Positions 37,833 through 46,832 of a stretch of DNA of 46,832 bases are shown here, one piece after another. The DNA comes from Burkholderiales bacterium (lineage in GTDB: Bacteria; Pseudomonadota; Gammaproteobacteria; Burkholderiales; SG8-41). The notes under the pieces are model-generated. The model made no database searches. It had not been told where the DNA came from and saw only the letters and a program-made list of their open reading frames with translations. Position 1 is the stretch's first letter, and every line of letters starts with the position of its first letter. Both the position numbers and the translations under genes were made by a program. The stretch is taken from assembly GCA_035620515.1 (NCBI GenBank), contig DASPGR010000130.1, positions 1 through 46,832 of the forward strand, given 5' to 3'.

Positions 37833-39692
37833 CTACTTCCCGTGAGCGGCCGGCTTCCAGACCTGGCCGATCGAGACGTGATCGAGCCGGCGGCGGCTGC
37901 CGTAATAGAGGTTGACGATCCCGCGCGACACCACCACGGCGCTGAAGATCGAGGTGAGAATCCCGAGACACAGCACGACAGCAAACCCCTTTACCGGGCC
38001 GCTCCCAAACGCGAACAGCGCCAGGCCCGCGATCAACGTGGTTATATTTGAATCGAGAATCGTGCCCCACGCGCGGTCGTAGCCGGCATGGATCGCCGCC
38101 TGGGGCGTGTTGCCGCCTCGCAGCTCCTCGCGGATCCGCTCGTTGATCAGCACGTTGGCGTCGATCGCCATGCCGAGCGTCAGCGCGATCCCCGCCATCC
38201 CGGGCAGCGTCAGCGTTGCCTGGAGCAGCGACAGCAGCGCAACGAGGAAGAGGACGTTGGATGCCAGCGCGACGATGGAAAACACGCCGAACAGCATGTA
38301 GTACGCGATCATGAATACGGTCAGGGCCGCGAAACCGTACCAGGTGGATTGAAAGCCGATTCGGATGTTTTCCGCTCCGAGCGAGGGCCCGACCGTGCGC
38401 TCCTCGATGATCTCCATCGGCGCAGCCAGCGCTCCGGCGCGCAGCAGGAGCGCGATGTCCTTCGCCTCCTGCGTGTTCATCCTGCCGCTGATCTGCACCC
38501 GCCCGCCGCCGATCTCGGTGCGTATCACGGGCGCGGTGACGACTTCGCCCTTGCCCTTTTCGAAGAGCAGGATCGCCATGCGCTTGCCGACGTTCTCACG
38601 CGTCACCTGCTGAAAGATGCGGGCCCCCACGCCGTCGAGCGTGATGTGGACCGCCGGCTCGTTGGTCTGATTGTCGAATCCGGGCTGGGCATCGGTGATG
38701 CGTTCCCCTGTGAGCACGACCTGCTTTCTCACGAGGAGCGGCGTGCCGTCGCGCTCGTAGTAGAGCTCGGCTCCGAACGGCACCTGGCCCGCGATCGCCG
38801 CCTGCATCGTCGCCGGGTCGAGATGCTCTTCCGCCACCATGCGCACCTCCAGCGTGGCAGTCCGGCCGAGAATGTCCTTGGCCTTCGCCGTGTCCTGCAC
38901 GCCGGGCAGCTGGACCACCACGCGGTCGGCGCCCTGCTGCTGGATGATCGGCTCGGCGACCCCCAGCTCATTGACACGGTTACGCAGGGTGGTGATGTTC
39001 TGCTGGAGCGCGAAATCCTGCGTGCGGCGCCGTGCCTCCGGCTTCAGCGCGGCCACGATACGGTACTGGCCGGCATCCCCCTCGGCCGTGAGCGCGAGAT
39101 CGGGTATCGTGCGCGTGAGCTCGGCGAGCGCCCGGTCCCGCATTGCCTCGTCGCGAAACCGCACCGTCAGCACCGGTCCCGCGCGGTTGACGCCGCCATA
39201 CTGAATGCGCTTCTCGCGCAGGTTGCTGCGAATATCTCCGGCGAAGGACTCGACTTTCTTGTCGAGCGCCGCCCGCATGTCGACCTGGAGCAGGAAATGC
39301 ACGCCGCCGCGAAGATCGAGCCCCAGGTACATGGGCAGCGCCCCGAGAGCCGACAGCCACGCCGGGCTGTTCGAGAGCAGGTTCAAGGCGACGATGTAGT
39401 CCTCGCCAAGCTGCTTTTGCAGCACGTCCTTCGCGCGGATCTGGGTATCGGTGTCTGCGAAGCGCGCCTTGACGCTCTGGGGATCGAGAAAAATCCCGGT
39501 GGGCTGAAAGCCGCCCTTTTTAAGGATCTCCTCGACCCGCCCCATGAGCGCGGTGTCGGCCTTGAGGGTTGCGCGCAGCGGCGAGATCTGCACAGCCGGA
39601 ACCTCGCCAAAGAAGTTGGGCAGCGTGTAGAAGAGGCCGAGCACGAGCGCCGCCGCGACGACGACGTATTTCCAGAGGGGATAGCGGTTCAT
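37833..39692 (-). CDS. secD: Protein translocase subunit SecD
   Basis: 619 aa beginning MNRYPLWKYVVV, with LGLDLRGGVHFLLQVD and GMAIDANVLINERIREE. Confidence 0.95.
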   Translation of the reverse strand: MNRYPLWKYVVVAAALVLGLFYTLPNFFGEVPAVQISPLRATLKADTALMGRVEEILKKGGFQPTGIFLDPQSVKARFADTDTQIRAKDVLQKQLGEDYIVALNLLSNSPAWLSALGALPMYLGLDLRGGVHFLLQVDMRAALDKKVESFAGDIRSNLREKRIQYGGVNRAGPVLTVRFRDEAMRDRALAELTRTIPDLALTAEGDAGQYRIVAALKPEARRRTQDFALQQNITTLRNRVNELGVAEPIIQQQGADRVVVQLPGVQDTAKAKDILGRTATLEVRMVAEEHLDPATMQAAIAGQVPFGAELYYERDGTPLLVRKQVVLTGERITDAQPGFDNQTNEPAVHITLDGVGARIFQQVTRENVGKRMAILLFEKGKGEVVTAPVIRTEIGGGRVQISGRMNTQEAKDIALLLRAGALAAPMEIIEERTVGPSLGAENIRIGFQSTWYGFAALTVFMIAYYMLFGVFSIVALASNVLFLVALLSLLQATLTLPGMAGIALTLGMAIDANVLINERIREELRGGNTPQAAIHAGYDRAWGTILDSNITTLIAGLALFAFGSGPVKGFAVVLCLGILTSIFSAVVVSRGIVNLYYGSRRRLDHVSIGQVWKPAAHGK

Positions 39693-39701
39693 TGCTGCGC
39701 A

Positions 39702-39768
39702 GTGACGAGTGATGCGTTACGGGTCATGCGTCAGACAACCGTCCGCATCGGCGGTTCACGCATGACTC
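39702..39768. repeat. Heptamer-repeat copy (GTGACGA GTGATGC) plus nested inverted repeats in the yajC-secD spacer
   Basis: GTGACGAGTGATG is shared with the 32341-32353 copy. GTCATGCG (39723-39730) pairs with CGCATGAC (39759-39766) as a perfect 8-bp inverted repeat. GAGTGATGCG (39707-39716) could pair alternatively with the same right arm. Confidence 0.7.
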
Positions 39769-39774
39769 ATTGCA

Positions 39775-40101
39775 CTACTCGAGTCCCTTGATGGTGCCTT
39801 TGGGCAATACCACCTGCACCGAGGGGCGCTGAATATGGATCGTCACGTTCTCGGCGATCTCGAGCGTCACGAACCCTTCAGCGACCTTGCTGATGCGCCC
39901 GACCACACCGCCCGCGGTGATGACTTCATCGCCCTTCTGCAGCGCCTCGATCAGCGCCTTGTGCTCCTTGGCGCGCTTCATCTGCGGGCGGATCATGAGG
40001 AAATAGAGCACCACGAACATCAGCACGATGAGCAGCATGCTCTCGATACCACCGCCCGGACCGGCTCCGGAACCCTGGGCCCATGCCGAATTGATCAACA
40101 T
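39775..40101 (-). CDS. yajC: Preprotein translocase subunit YajC
   Basis: 108 aa with LIVLMFVVLYFLMIRPQMKRAKEHKALIEALQKGDEVITAGGVVGRI. A GGAG Shine-Dalgarno lies 9 nt upstream. Confidence 0.95.
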   Translation of the reverse strand: MLINSAWAQGSGAGPGGGIESMLLIVLMFVVLYFLMIRPQMKRAKEHKALIEALQKGDEVITAGGVVGRISKVAEGFVTLEIAENVTIHIQRPSVQVVLPKGTIKGLE

Positions 40102-40156
40102 ATCGCGCGTCTCCGAGTTTCAACGGGCGCCGCCGCGCCCCGAAAAATGCTGAACT

Positions 40157-42281
<2,125 letters not shown>

Positions 42282-42300
42282 CGCCTCGATTATATGAGGC

Positions 42301-42330
42301 GTGATGGGTGATGAGTGATCGGTGATGGGC
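42301..42330. repeat. Tandem heptamer repeat (GTGATGG GTGATGA GTGATCG GTGATGG)
   Basis: It shares a 19-nt identity, GTGATGGGTGATGAGTGAT, with 32348-32366. It lies in the divergent queA / tRNA-Leu spacer. Confidence 0.8.
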
Positions 42331-42365
42331 AAACGCAACGCAGCCCCGCGTGAGCGTGCACGCAA

Positions 42366-42394
42366 TTGTTGGGAAGTAAGGATTGCGGGATAAT
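42366..42394 (+). promoter_or_regulatory. Candidate sigma70 promoter for tRNA-Leu (TTGTTG-N17-GATAAT)
   Basis: The -10 element GATAAT at 42389-42394 ends 14 nt before the mature tRNA 5' end. The -35 element is weak. Confidence 0.4.
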
Positions 42395-42408
42395 TTGGCC
42401 GCCTCTAT

Positions 42409-42496
42409 GCCGGGATGGCGGAATTGGTAGACGCACGGGACTCAAAATCCCGCGCCCTCAAAAGGCGTGCGAGTTCGACTCTCGCTCCCGGCACCA
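42409..42496 (+). tRNA. tRNA-Leu, anticodon CAA, long variable arm, CCA encoded
   Basis: Folded by hand. The acceptor stem pairs GCCGGGA with TCCCGGC. The D arm is GCG-GAATTGGTAGA-CGC. The anticodon stem pairs CGGGA with TCCCG around the loop CT-CAA-AA. The variable arm is CGCCCTCAAAAGGCGTG, and the T arm is GCGAG-TTCGACT-CTCGC. It ends in the discriminator A followed by CCA. Confidence 0.95.
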
Positions 42497-42535
42497 GCAG
42501 CTTGCGCAGATTCGAGGGCAGTTGCGGCGCGGGGT

Positions 42536-43369
42536 CTAGCGGAGCGTGACCTCGACGTTGTCGATGAGCCGCGTGCGGCCGATGCGCGCGGCGGCGACGA
42601 CAACGAGCTCGCTGTCGCGCTCGGAGGGCTGGCGCAGATCGCCCTGCCGGCGCACGGCGATGTAGTCCGGCTGCCAGCCGTGCCGCGAGAGCTCGGACAT
42701 CGCCTCCTGATCGATGCGCTGGAAATCCCGCGCGCCCTTCTCGATCTCGCCGGCCGCGCGTCTCAGCACGCGATAGAGCCGCGGTGCCTCTGCACGCTCG
42801 GAGGCGGAGAGGTAAACGTTGCGTGTTGACAGTGCAAGCCCGTCGGGCGCACGCACCGTCTCGGCCGGAATGATCTCGATCGGCAGCGCGAACTGGCGCA
42901 CCATGTCGCGCAGGACGAGATACTGCTGGTAGTCCTTCTTGCCGAAAATCGCCGAGTGCGGCATGACCAGGTTGAAAAGCTTCAGCACAACCGTGGCGAC
43001 GCCGCGGAAATGCCCTGGCCGATGCGCGCCTTCCAGGATGTACTGCAGGTCCGAGGGCTCGACGACAAAGGTCTGCGGCTCGGGGTAGATATCGCGCTCC
43101 TCGGGCGCAAACACCACGTCCACGCCCGCCTGCTCGAGCCGCGCGCAATCGGCGTCGAGCGTGCGCGGATAGCGCTCGAAGTCTTCCTGCGGGCCGAACT
43201 GAAGCCGATTCACGAAAATGCTGACGACAGTGCAGGATCCGCGCGGTTTGGCAAGACGGATCAGCTCGATGTGCCCGTCGTGCAAATTGCCCATGGTCGG
43301 CACGAAAACGTTTTCCGGCTCGCGCCGCAGGCGCCCGCGCAGCTCGGCAGCGGAATGGATGATGTCCAT
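42536..43369 (-). CDS. panC: Pantoate-beta-alanine ligase
   Basis: 277 aa with PTMGNLHDGHIELI, VVSIFVNRLQFGP and FGKKDYQQ. Confidence 0.95.
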   Translation of the reverse strand: MDIIHSAAELRGRLRREPENVFVPTMGNLHDGHIELIRLAKPRGSCTVVSIFVNRLQFGPQEDFERYPRTLDADCARLEQAGVDVVFAPEERDIYPEPQTFVVEPSDLQYILEGAHRPGHFRGVATVVLKLFNLVMPHSAIFGKKDYQQYLVLRDMVRQFALPIEIIPAETVRAPDGLALSTRNVYLSASERAEAPRLYRVLRRAAGEIEKGARDFQRIDQEAMSELSRHGWQPDYIAVRRQGDLRQPSERDSELVVVAAARIGRTRLIDNVEVTLR

Positions 43370-43388
43370 GACGCGCGAAAGCGCGGTC

Positions 43389-44180
43389 TCAGAAGGAGTG
43401 CTCGGGCCCTGGGAAGGTCCGCGCCTTCACTTCCTTGACGTAGAGCTCGACGGCGCCCTGGATCGATCCCGCGGCACGCATGAAGTTCTTGACGAACTTC
43501 GCCTTGCGGCCGGGAAACACATCGAGCATGTCGTGCAGCACGAGGACCTGCCCGTGGCAATCCACTCCCGCGCCGATACCGATGGTCGGCACGGACAATG
43601 ACGCGGTGATCTCGCGCGCAAGCGCGGCCGGAACCGCCTCGAGCACGATCATTCCCGCTCCGGCCCGCTCGAGGAGCCTTGCGTCCTCGACCAGACGCTC
43701 GGCAGTATCCTCATTGCGCCCCTGGACCTTATAGCCGCCAAACTGGTGCACGGACTGCGGTGTCAGTCCAAGATGACCGCAGACTGGCACGCCCCGCGTT
43801 GCGAGATACTCGGTCGTCTCCAGCACCGGCGTGCCGCCTTCCACCTTCACCATGTGCGCGCCCGCGGCCATGATCGCGGCGGCATTTCGAAAGGTATCCT
43901 GCGGGCCCACCTGGAAGGTGCCGAACGGCATGTCGCCGATGATGAAGGCGCGCTTCGATCCGCGCGCAACGCACTCGGTGTGGTACACGATGTCGCGCAG
44001 CGTCACCGGCAGCGTCGTCTCGTGTCCCTGCAGCACGTTGCCGAGCGAATCGCCTATCAGCAGGCACTCGACGCCTGCCGCCTCCAGAAGCGCGGCGAAG
44101 CTGGCGTCGTAGCAGGTGAGCATCGCGATCCGGTTGCCCTCCTGCGCCATCCTTTGCAGCGTGCTCAACGTGATTCGCAT
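43389..44180 (-). CDS. panB: 3-methyl-2-oxobutanoate hydroxymethyltransferase
   Basis: 263 aa with [29 protein letters not shown] and GHLGLTPQS. Confidence 0.95.
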   Translation of the reverse strand: MRITLSTLQRMAQEGNRIAMLTCYDASFAALLEAAGVECLLIGDSLGNVLQGHETTLPVTLRDIVYHTECVARGSKRAFIIGDMPFGTFQVGPQDTFRNAAAIMAAGAHMVKVEGGTPVLETTEYLATRGVPVCGHLGLTPQSVHQFGGYKVQGRNEDTAERLVEDARLLERAGAGMIVLEAVPAALAREITASLSVPTIGIGAGVDCHGQVLVLHDMLDVFPGRKAKFVKNFMRAAGSIQGAVELYVKEVKARTFPGPEHSF

Positions 44181-44227
44181 GCAGTCTCCGCATCACCGCA
44201 AAGGCCTGGCGCCGTCGCGGTCTGTCG

Positions 44228-44875
44228 TCAACTCCCCATCGAAAAGAACTCGCGCGGGCCGCGCATGGCATGAATGCGCTGCAACAATAAATCAAAATCG
44301 CCAGGCTGATCAACAAAATTGAGATGGTCCGAATTGACGATGAGCACCGGCGCCGCCTCGTACTGGTAGAAGAACCGCGCGTAGGTCTCGGCGAGCGTGA
44401 AGAGATACTCGTCGTGGATGCCGCGCTCGTACGGGACGCCCCGCTGGCGGACCCGTTCGACCAGCGTCTGGGGGGAGGCCTGGAGATATATCACCAGATC
44501 GGGCGTGGGCGCCTGCGGCTTCAAGCTCGCATACACCTGGTCGTAAAGGGTGAGCTCGTCGTCGCTCAGCGTCACGCGGGCGAAAAGCGGGTCCTTCTCC
44601 AGCATGAAATCGGAGATGGTGACGGTGCTGAAGAGATCGCTCTGGCTCAGCGCGCGCACCTGTCTCGCCCGCTCAAACAGGAAGTAGAGCTGGGTCGGCA
44701 GCGCATAGCGTGCCCGGTCCTGGTAGAAACCCGGAAGAAACGGGTTGGCGTCCGGCTCCTCGAGCATCAACGAGCTGCCGCTGCGCTCTCCCATCACGCG
44801 CGCGAGGCTGGTCTTGCCCGCGCCGATCGGACCCTCGACGACGATGTAGCGGTACTTCTCGGGCAGGGACGTCAC
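44228..44875 (-). CDS. Deoxynucleoside-kinase-family protein
   Basis: It has a P-loop (VEGPIGAGKTSLA) and a dNK-like core (FLEKDPLF-type region, VIYLQASPQTLVERVRQRG). The GTG start overlaps the folK stop (GTGA). Confidence 0.8.
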   Translation of the reverse strand: MTSLPEKYRYIVVEGPIGAGKTSLARVMGERSGSSLMLEEPDANPFLPGFYQDRARYALPTQLYFLFERARQVRALSQSDLFSTVTISDFMLEKDPLFARVTLSDDELTLYDQVYASLKPQAPTPDLVIYLQASPQTLVERVRQRGVPYERGIHDEYLFTLAETYARFFYQYEAAPVLIVNSDHLNFVDQPGDFDLLLQRIHAMRGPREFFSMGS

Positions 44876-45378
44876 GTGACACCCGCGCTGGAAAGCCTCA
44901 TGAGCCCCGTCGCGTCGACGCGCGCGGCAAGGCGGGCTGCCGGACCGGCGCCGGGAACCATCGCGTGAGGCGCGATCTCAGCAAGAGGCACCAGCACAAA
45001 AGCGCGTTCGAGCATGCGCGGATGCGGGATGGTCAGCCCCGGCTCATCGATTACCTCTTCGCCATAGAGCGCGATGTCGAGGTCGAGCGTGCGCGGCGCG
45101 TTGGGGATTTCGCGCACCCTGCCGCGTGCGCGCTCTATCGCGAGCAGGCCCTCGAGCAGCGCTCGCGGTGCAAGCAGCGTTTCGATCGACGCCACCGCGT
45201 TGACGAAATCCGGCTGGTCTCCCACGCCCACCGCCGGATTCTGATAAAGCGATGAAGCGCCGGTGACCCGCGTGTGCGGCAGGTCGGCGAGCGCGCGCAG
45301 ACCGGCCTGCACCTGCGCCACCGGGTTCGCGAGGTTGCTGCCCAGCGCAATGAACGCAGTGATGGGTGATTCGTTCAC
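44872..45378 (-). CDS. folK: 2-amino-4-hydroxy-6-hydroxymethyldihydropteridine pyrophosphokinase
   Basis: The GTG 45378 start overlaps the pcnB stop (GTGA). Motifs are AFIALGSNLANP, PRTLDLDIALYG and IPHPRMLERAFVLVPL. The upstream part of the ORF is junk. Confidence 0.9.
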   Translation of the reverse strand: MNESPITAFIALGSNLANPVAQVQAGLRALADLPHTRVTGASSLYQNPAVGVGDQPDFVNAVASIETLLAPRALLEGLLAIERARGRVREIPNAPRTLDLDIALYGEEVIDEPGLTIPHPRMLERAFVLVPLAEIAPHAMVPGAGPAARLAARVDATGLMRLSSAGVT

Positions 45379-46748
45379 CGTTGATCGTCCGTCGAGCCGT
45401 CCTGCCGGTGAGCGCCGCCGCCCGGTCTCCTTCGGCCGCGCCTCCTTCGACGGCGGCGCCCTCTTCCCGGCTCTTCGGCACGGACCAGCATCTGGGCGCG
45501 CGCCGCCTCGCCCGCATCCTGGAAACGTTCCCACCACTCACCGAGTTCGGCATCGACTTCCCCGCTCTCGCAGCGCAGGCGCAGGAAGTCGTAGCCGGCC
45601 CGGAACCGCGGAAGCTCGAGCAGCCGGTAGGGCCGTTTCCCCGAACGCTGCAGGAACCGCGGCTGCATCGCCCAGATCTCCTTCATGTACGCGCTGAAGC
45701 GGTTGTGGATCGCCAGCTTCTCCGCCTGCCGCTTCAGGGCGTCGTCCATCGCGTGATAGAGAGCCGGTATCGGCGGCTCCCCTTTTTCCTCGAAGCGGCG
45801 CCAACCCGCGAGCACTTCGTGCCACAGGAGCGCAGCGAACAGGAACCCGGGCGAGACCGGTTTCCCCGCCCGCACCCGCTCATCAGTCGCCTTGAGCGCG
45901 GCGGCGACCAGGCGCTCGCCGCTCTTATGCGCCGTCGCCCGATCGAGCAGCGGCAGCACTCCGGGCAACAGGCCCTCCCGGCGCAGTTCCACGATGCCTT
46001 CGGTCGCATGGCCGGACAGCAAAAGCTTCAGCAGCTCGTCCATCAGGCGCGCCGCGGGAACGTGCGACAGAAGCGGCGCGAGGCGGCGTATGGGCTTGCG
46101 CGCGCGCGGATCGATCTCGAGCCCTGTGCTCCCCGCAAGGCGCGCCGCGCGCAACATCCGCACGGGGTCCTCGCGATAGCGTGCCTCGGGCTCCCCGATC
46201 ATTCGCAGCCGCCGGCGCCGCAGATCGGCAACGCCATCGTGGTAGTCCCAGATCTCCTGTGTGGCCGGGTCGTAGAACAGCGCGTTGATGCTGAAGTCGC
46301 GTCGCGTCGCATCCTGTTCCTGCGTGCCAAACACGTTGTCGCGCAGGATGCGCCCGTGCTCGTCGGCGACCCGGCCGTCGTCACCCTCTATGACATTTGC
46401 GCCACGGAACGTGGAGACTTCAACCATCTCCGCCCCGCACATGACGTGCACGATGCGAAAGCGGCGCCCGATCACGCGCGAACGGCGGAAAAGCGCGCGC
46501 ACTTCCTCTGGTGTGGCATCGGTCGCGACGTCATAGTCCTTGGGCCGCCCGCCAAGCAGCAGATCGCGCACTGCGCCGCCCACCACGAACGCCGAGAACT
46601 CGTGCCGCTGCAGGGTCTGCGTGACGCGCAGCGCGCAGGGACTGATCGATTCCCGGGCAATGCGGTGGACGCTGAAGGGGATGATCTTCGGCTGCGCCGC
46701 CTTGAAAAACCGCCCCGAAAAAACGCGCCCGAGAAATCTCTTAATCAT
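45375..46748 (-). CDS. pcnB: Poly(A) polymerase I
   Basis: 457 aa with FVVGGAVRDLLLGGRPKDYDVAT, RRDFSINALFYD and an Arg-rich C-terminal tail. Confidence 0.95.
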   Translation of the reverse strand: MIKRFLGRVFSGRFFKAAQPKIIPFSVHRIARESISPCALRVTQTLQRHEFSAFVVGGAVRDLLLGGRPKDYDVATDATPEEVRALFRRSRVIGRRFRIVHVMCGAEMVEVSTFRGANVIEGDDGRVADEHGRILRDNVFGTQEQDATRRDFSINALFYDPATQEIWDYHDGVADLRRRRLRMIGEPEARYREDPVRMLRAARLAGSTGLEIDPRARKPIRRLAPLLSHVPAARLMDELLKLLLSGHATEGIVELRREGLLPGVLPLLDRATAHKSGERLVAAALKATDERVRAGKPVSPGFLFAALLWHEVLAGWRRFEEKGEPPIPALYHAMDDALKRQAEKLAIHNRFSAYMKEIWAMQPRFLQRSGKRPYRLLELPRFRAGYDFLRLRCESGEVDAELGEWWERFQDAGEAARAQMLVRAEEPGRGRRRRRRRGRRRPGGGAHRQDGSTDDQR

Positions 46749-46761
46749 CTGTTCCTGATAG

Positions 46762-46804
46762 CAAATTGACCGGCGCGCTGGGACAGCGCGTCCGGTCCAA
46801 TTTG
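46762..46804 (-). promoter_or_regulatory. Long imperfect hairpin in the putative pcnB leader
   Basis: CAAATTGACCGGCGCGCTG-gga-CAGCGCGTCCGGTCCAATTTG gives 19 bp with small bulges. A minus-strand TATAAT lies at 46816-46821 upstream. An AGGAA Shine-Dalgarno and the ATG follow within about 14 nt downstream. Confidence 0.45.
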
Positions 46805-46832
46805 CGGCGGGGTAAATTATACGGGAGCAAAG

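Noticed and set aside
40125-40140. GGGCGC-cgcc-GCGCCC hairpin between tgt and yajC, considered as a terminator
   Set aside because: On the transcribed (minus) strand the U-run precedes the stem rather than following it. tgt-yajC-secDF is normally one operon, so an attenuating role at most is possible.
42409-42535. tRNA-Leu considered as a genomic-island integration site
   Set aside because: There is no integrase and no direct repeat of the tRNA 3' half nearby, and both flanks are core housekeeping genes (queA, panC).
45359-45378. GTGATGGGTGAT at the pcnB/folK junction, considered as a fourth copy of the heptamer family
   Set aside because: It lies inside coding sequence (it encodes SPIT at the folK N-terminus and overlaps the pcnB end) and has fewer than two units. 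It is probably chance or only a distant relation.

Overview
GC-rich proteobacterial chromosomal segment. GC content was judged by eye, not computed. The synteny (pcnB-folK-dNK-panB-panC, queA-tgt-yajC-secD-secF-dedA, a small DUF3567-like gene) looks betaproteobacterial or Burkholderiales-like; this is inference. I can support 38 protein-coding genes, one weak small-ORF candidate and one tRNA-Leu(CAA). I saw no rRNA, CRISPR array, transposase, integrase or phage genes. The left 25.7 kb is an unbroken run of 16 minus-strand genes. (1) Positions 1-17114 hold a trehalose/alpha-glucan block: otsB-like, glgE, treS-pep2 fusion, a small 'conserved TM helix' membrane protein, glgX, treZ and a single-polypeptide malQ::treY fusion, followed by an MscS-family channel gene. 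No glgA, glgB or otsA is present in the window. (2) Positions 17245-23858 hold a lutABC lactate-utilisation set that is physically interleaved with three other enzyme genes. These are a ketopantoate-reductase-like gene, a close mandelate-racemase homolog whose KxK motif reads K-L-R, and a CoA-acylating (methyl)malonate-semialdehyde dehydrogenase. Two of the junctions are ATGA stop/start overlaps. (3) An S1-PDZ protease and greB follow. The remainder contains a tight iclR / DEDDh-exonuclease::GIY-YIG / membrane-protein operon. It also holds small unknown genes, an EamA exporter with a Tat multicopper oxidase, a secreted histidine phosphatase and an orphan PrpD-family gene. It ends in housekeeping genes (purB, Trx-TPR, dedA, secFD, yajC, tgt, queA, panCB, dNK, folK, pcnB). 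The best candidates for something undescribed are the interleaved lut cluster with the K166R-type racemase homolog, the channel-like membrane protein sitting where glgB normally sits in GlgE operons, and the iclR-nuclease-membrane triplet. Two families of short tandem or inverted intergenic repeats, (GTGAYGR)n and CGCCAAG/CTTGGCG, are also worth a look. All functional calls come from motif recognition by eye; no database search was run.
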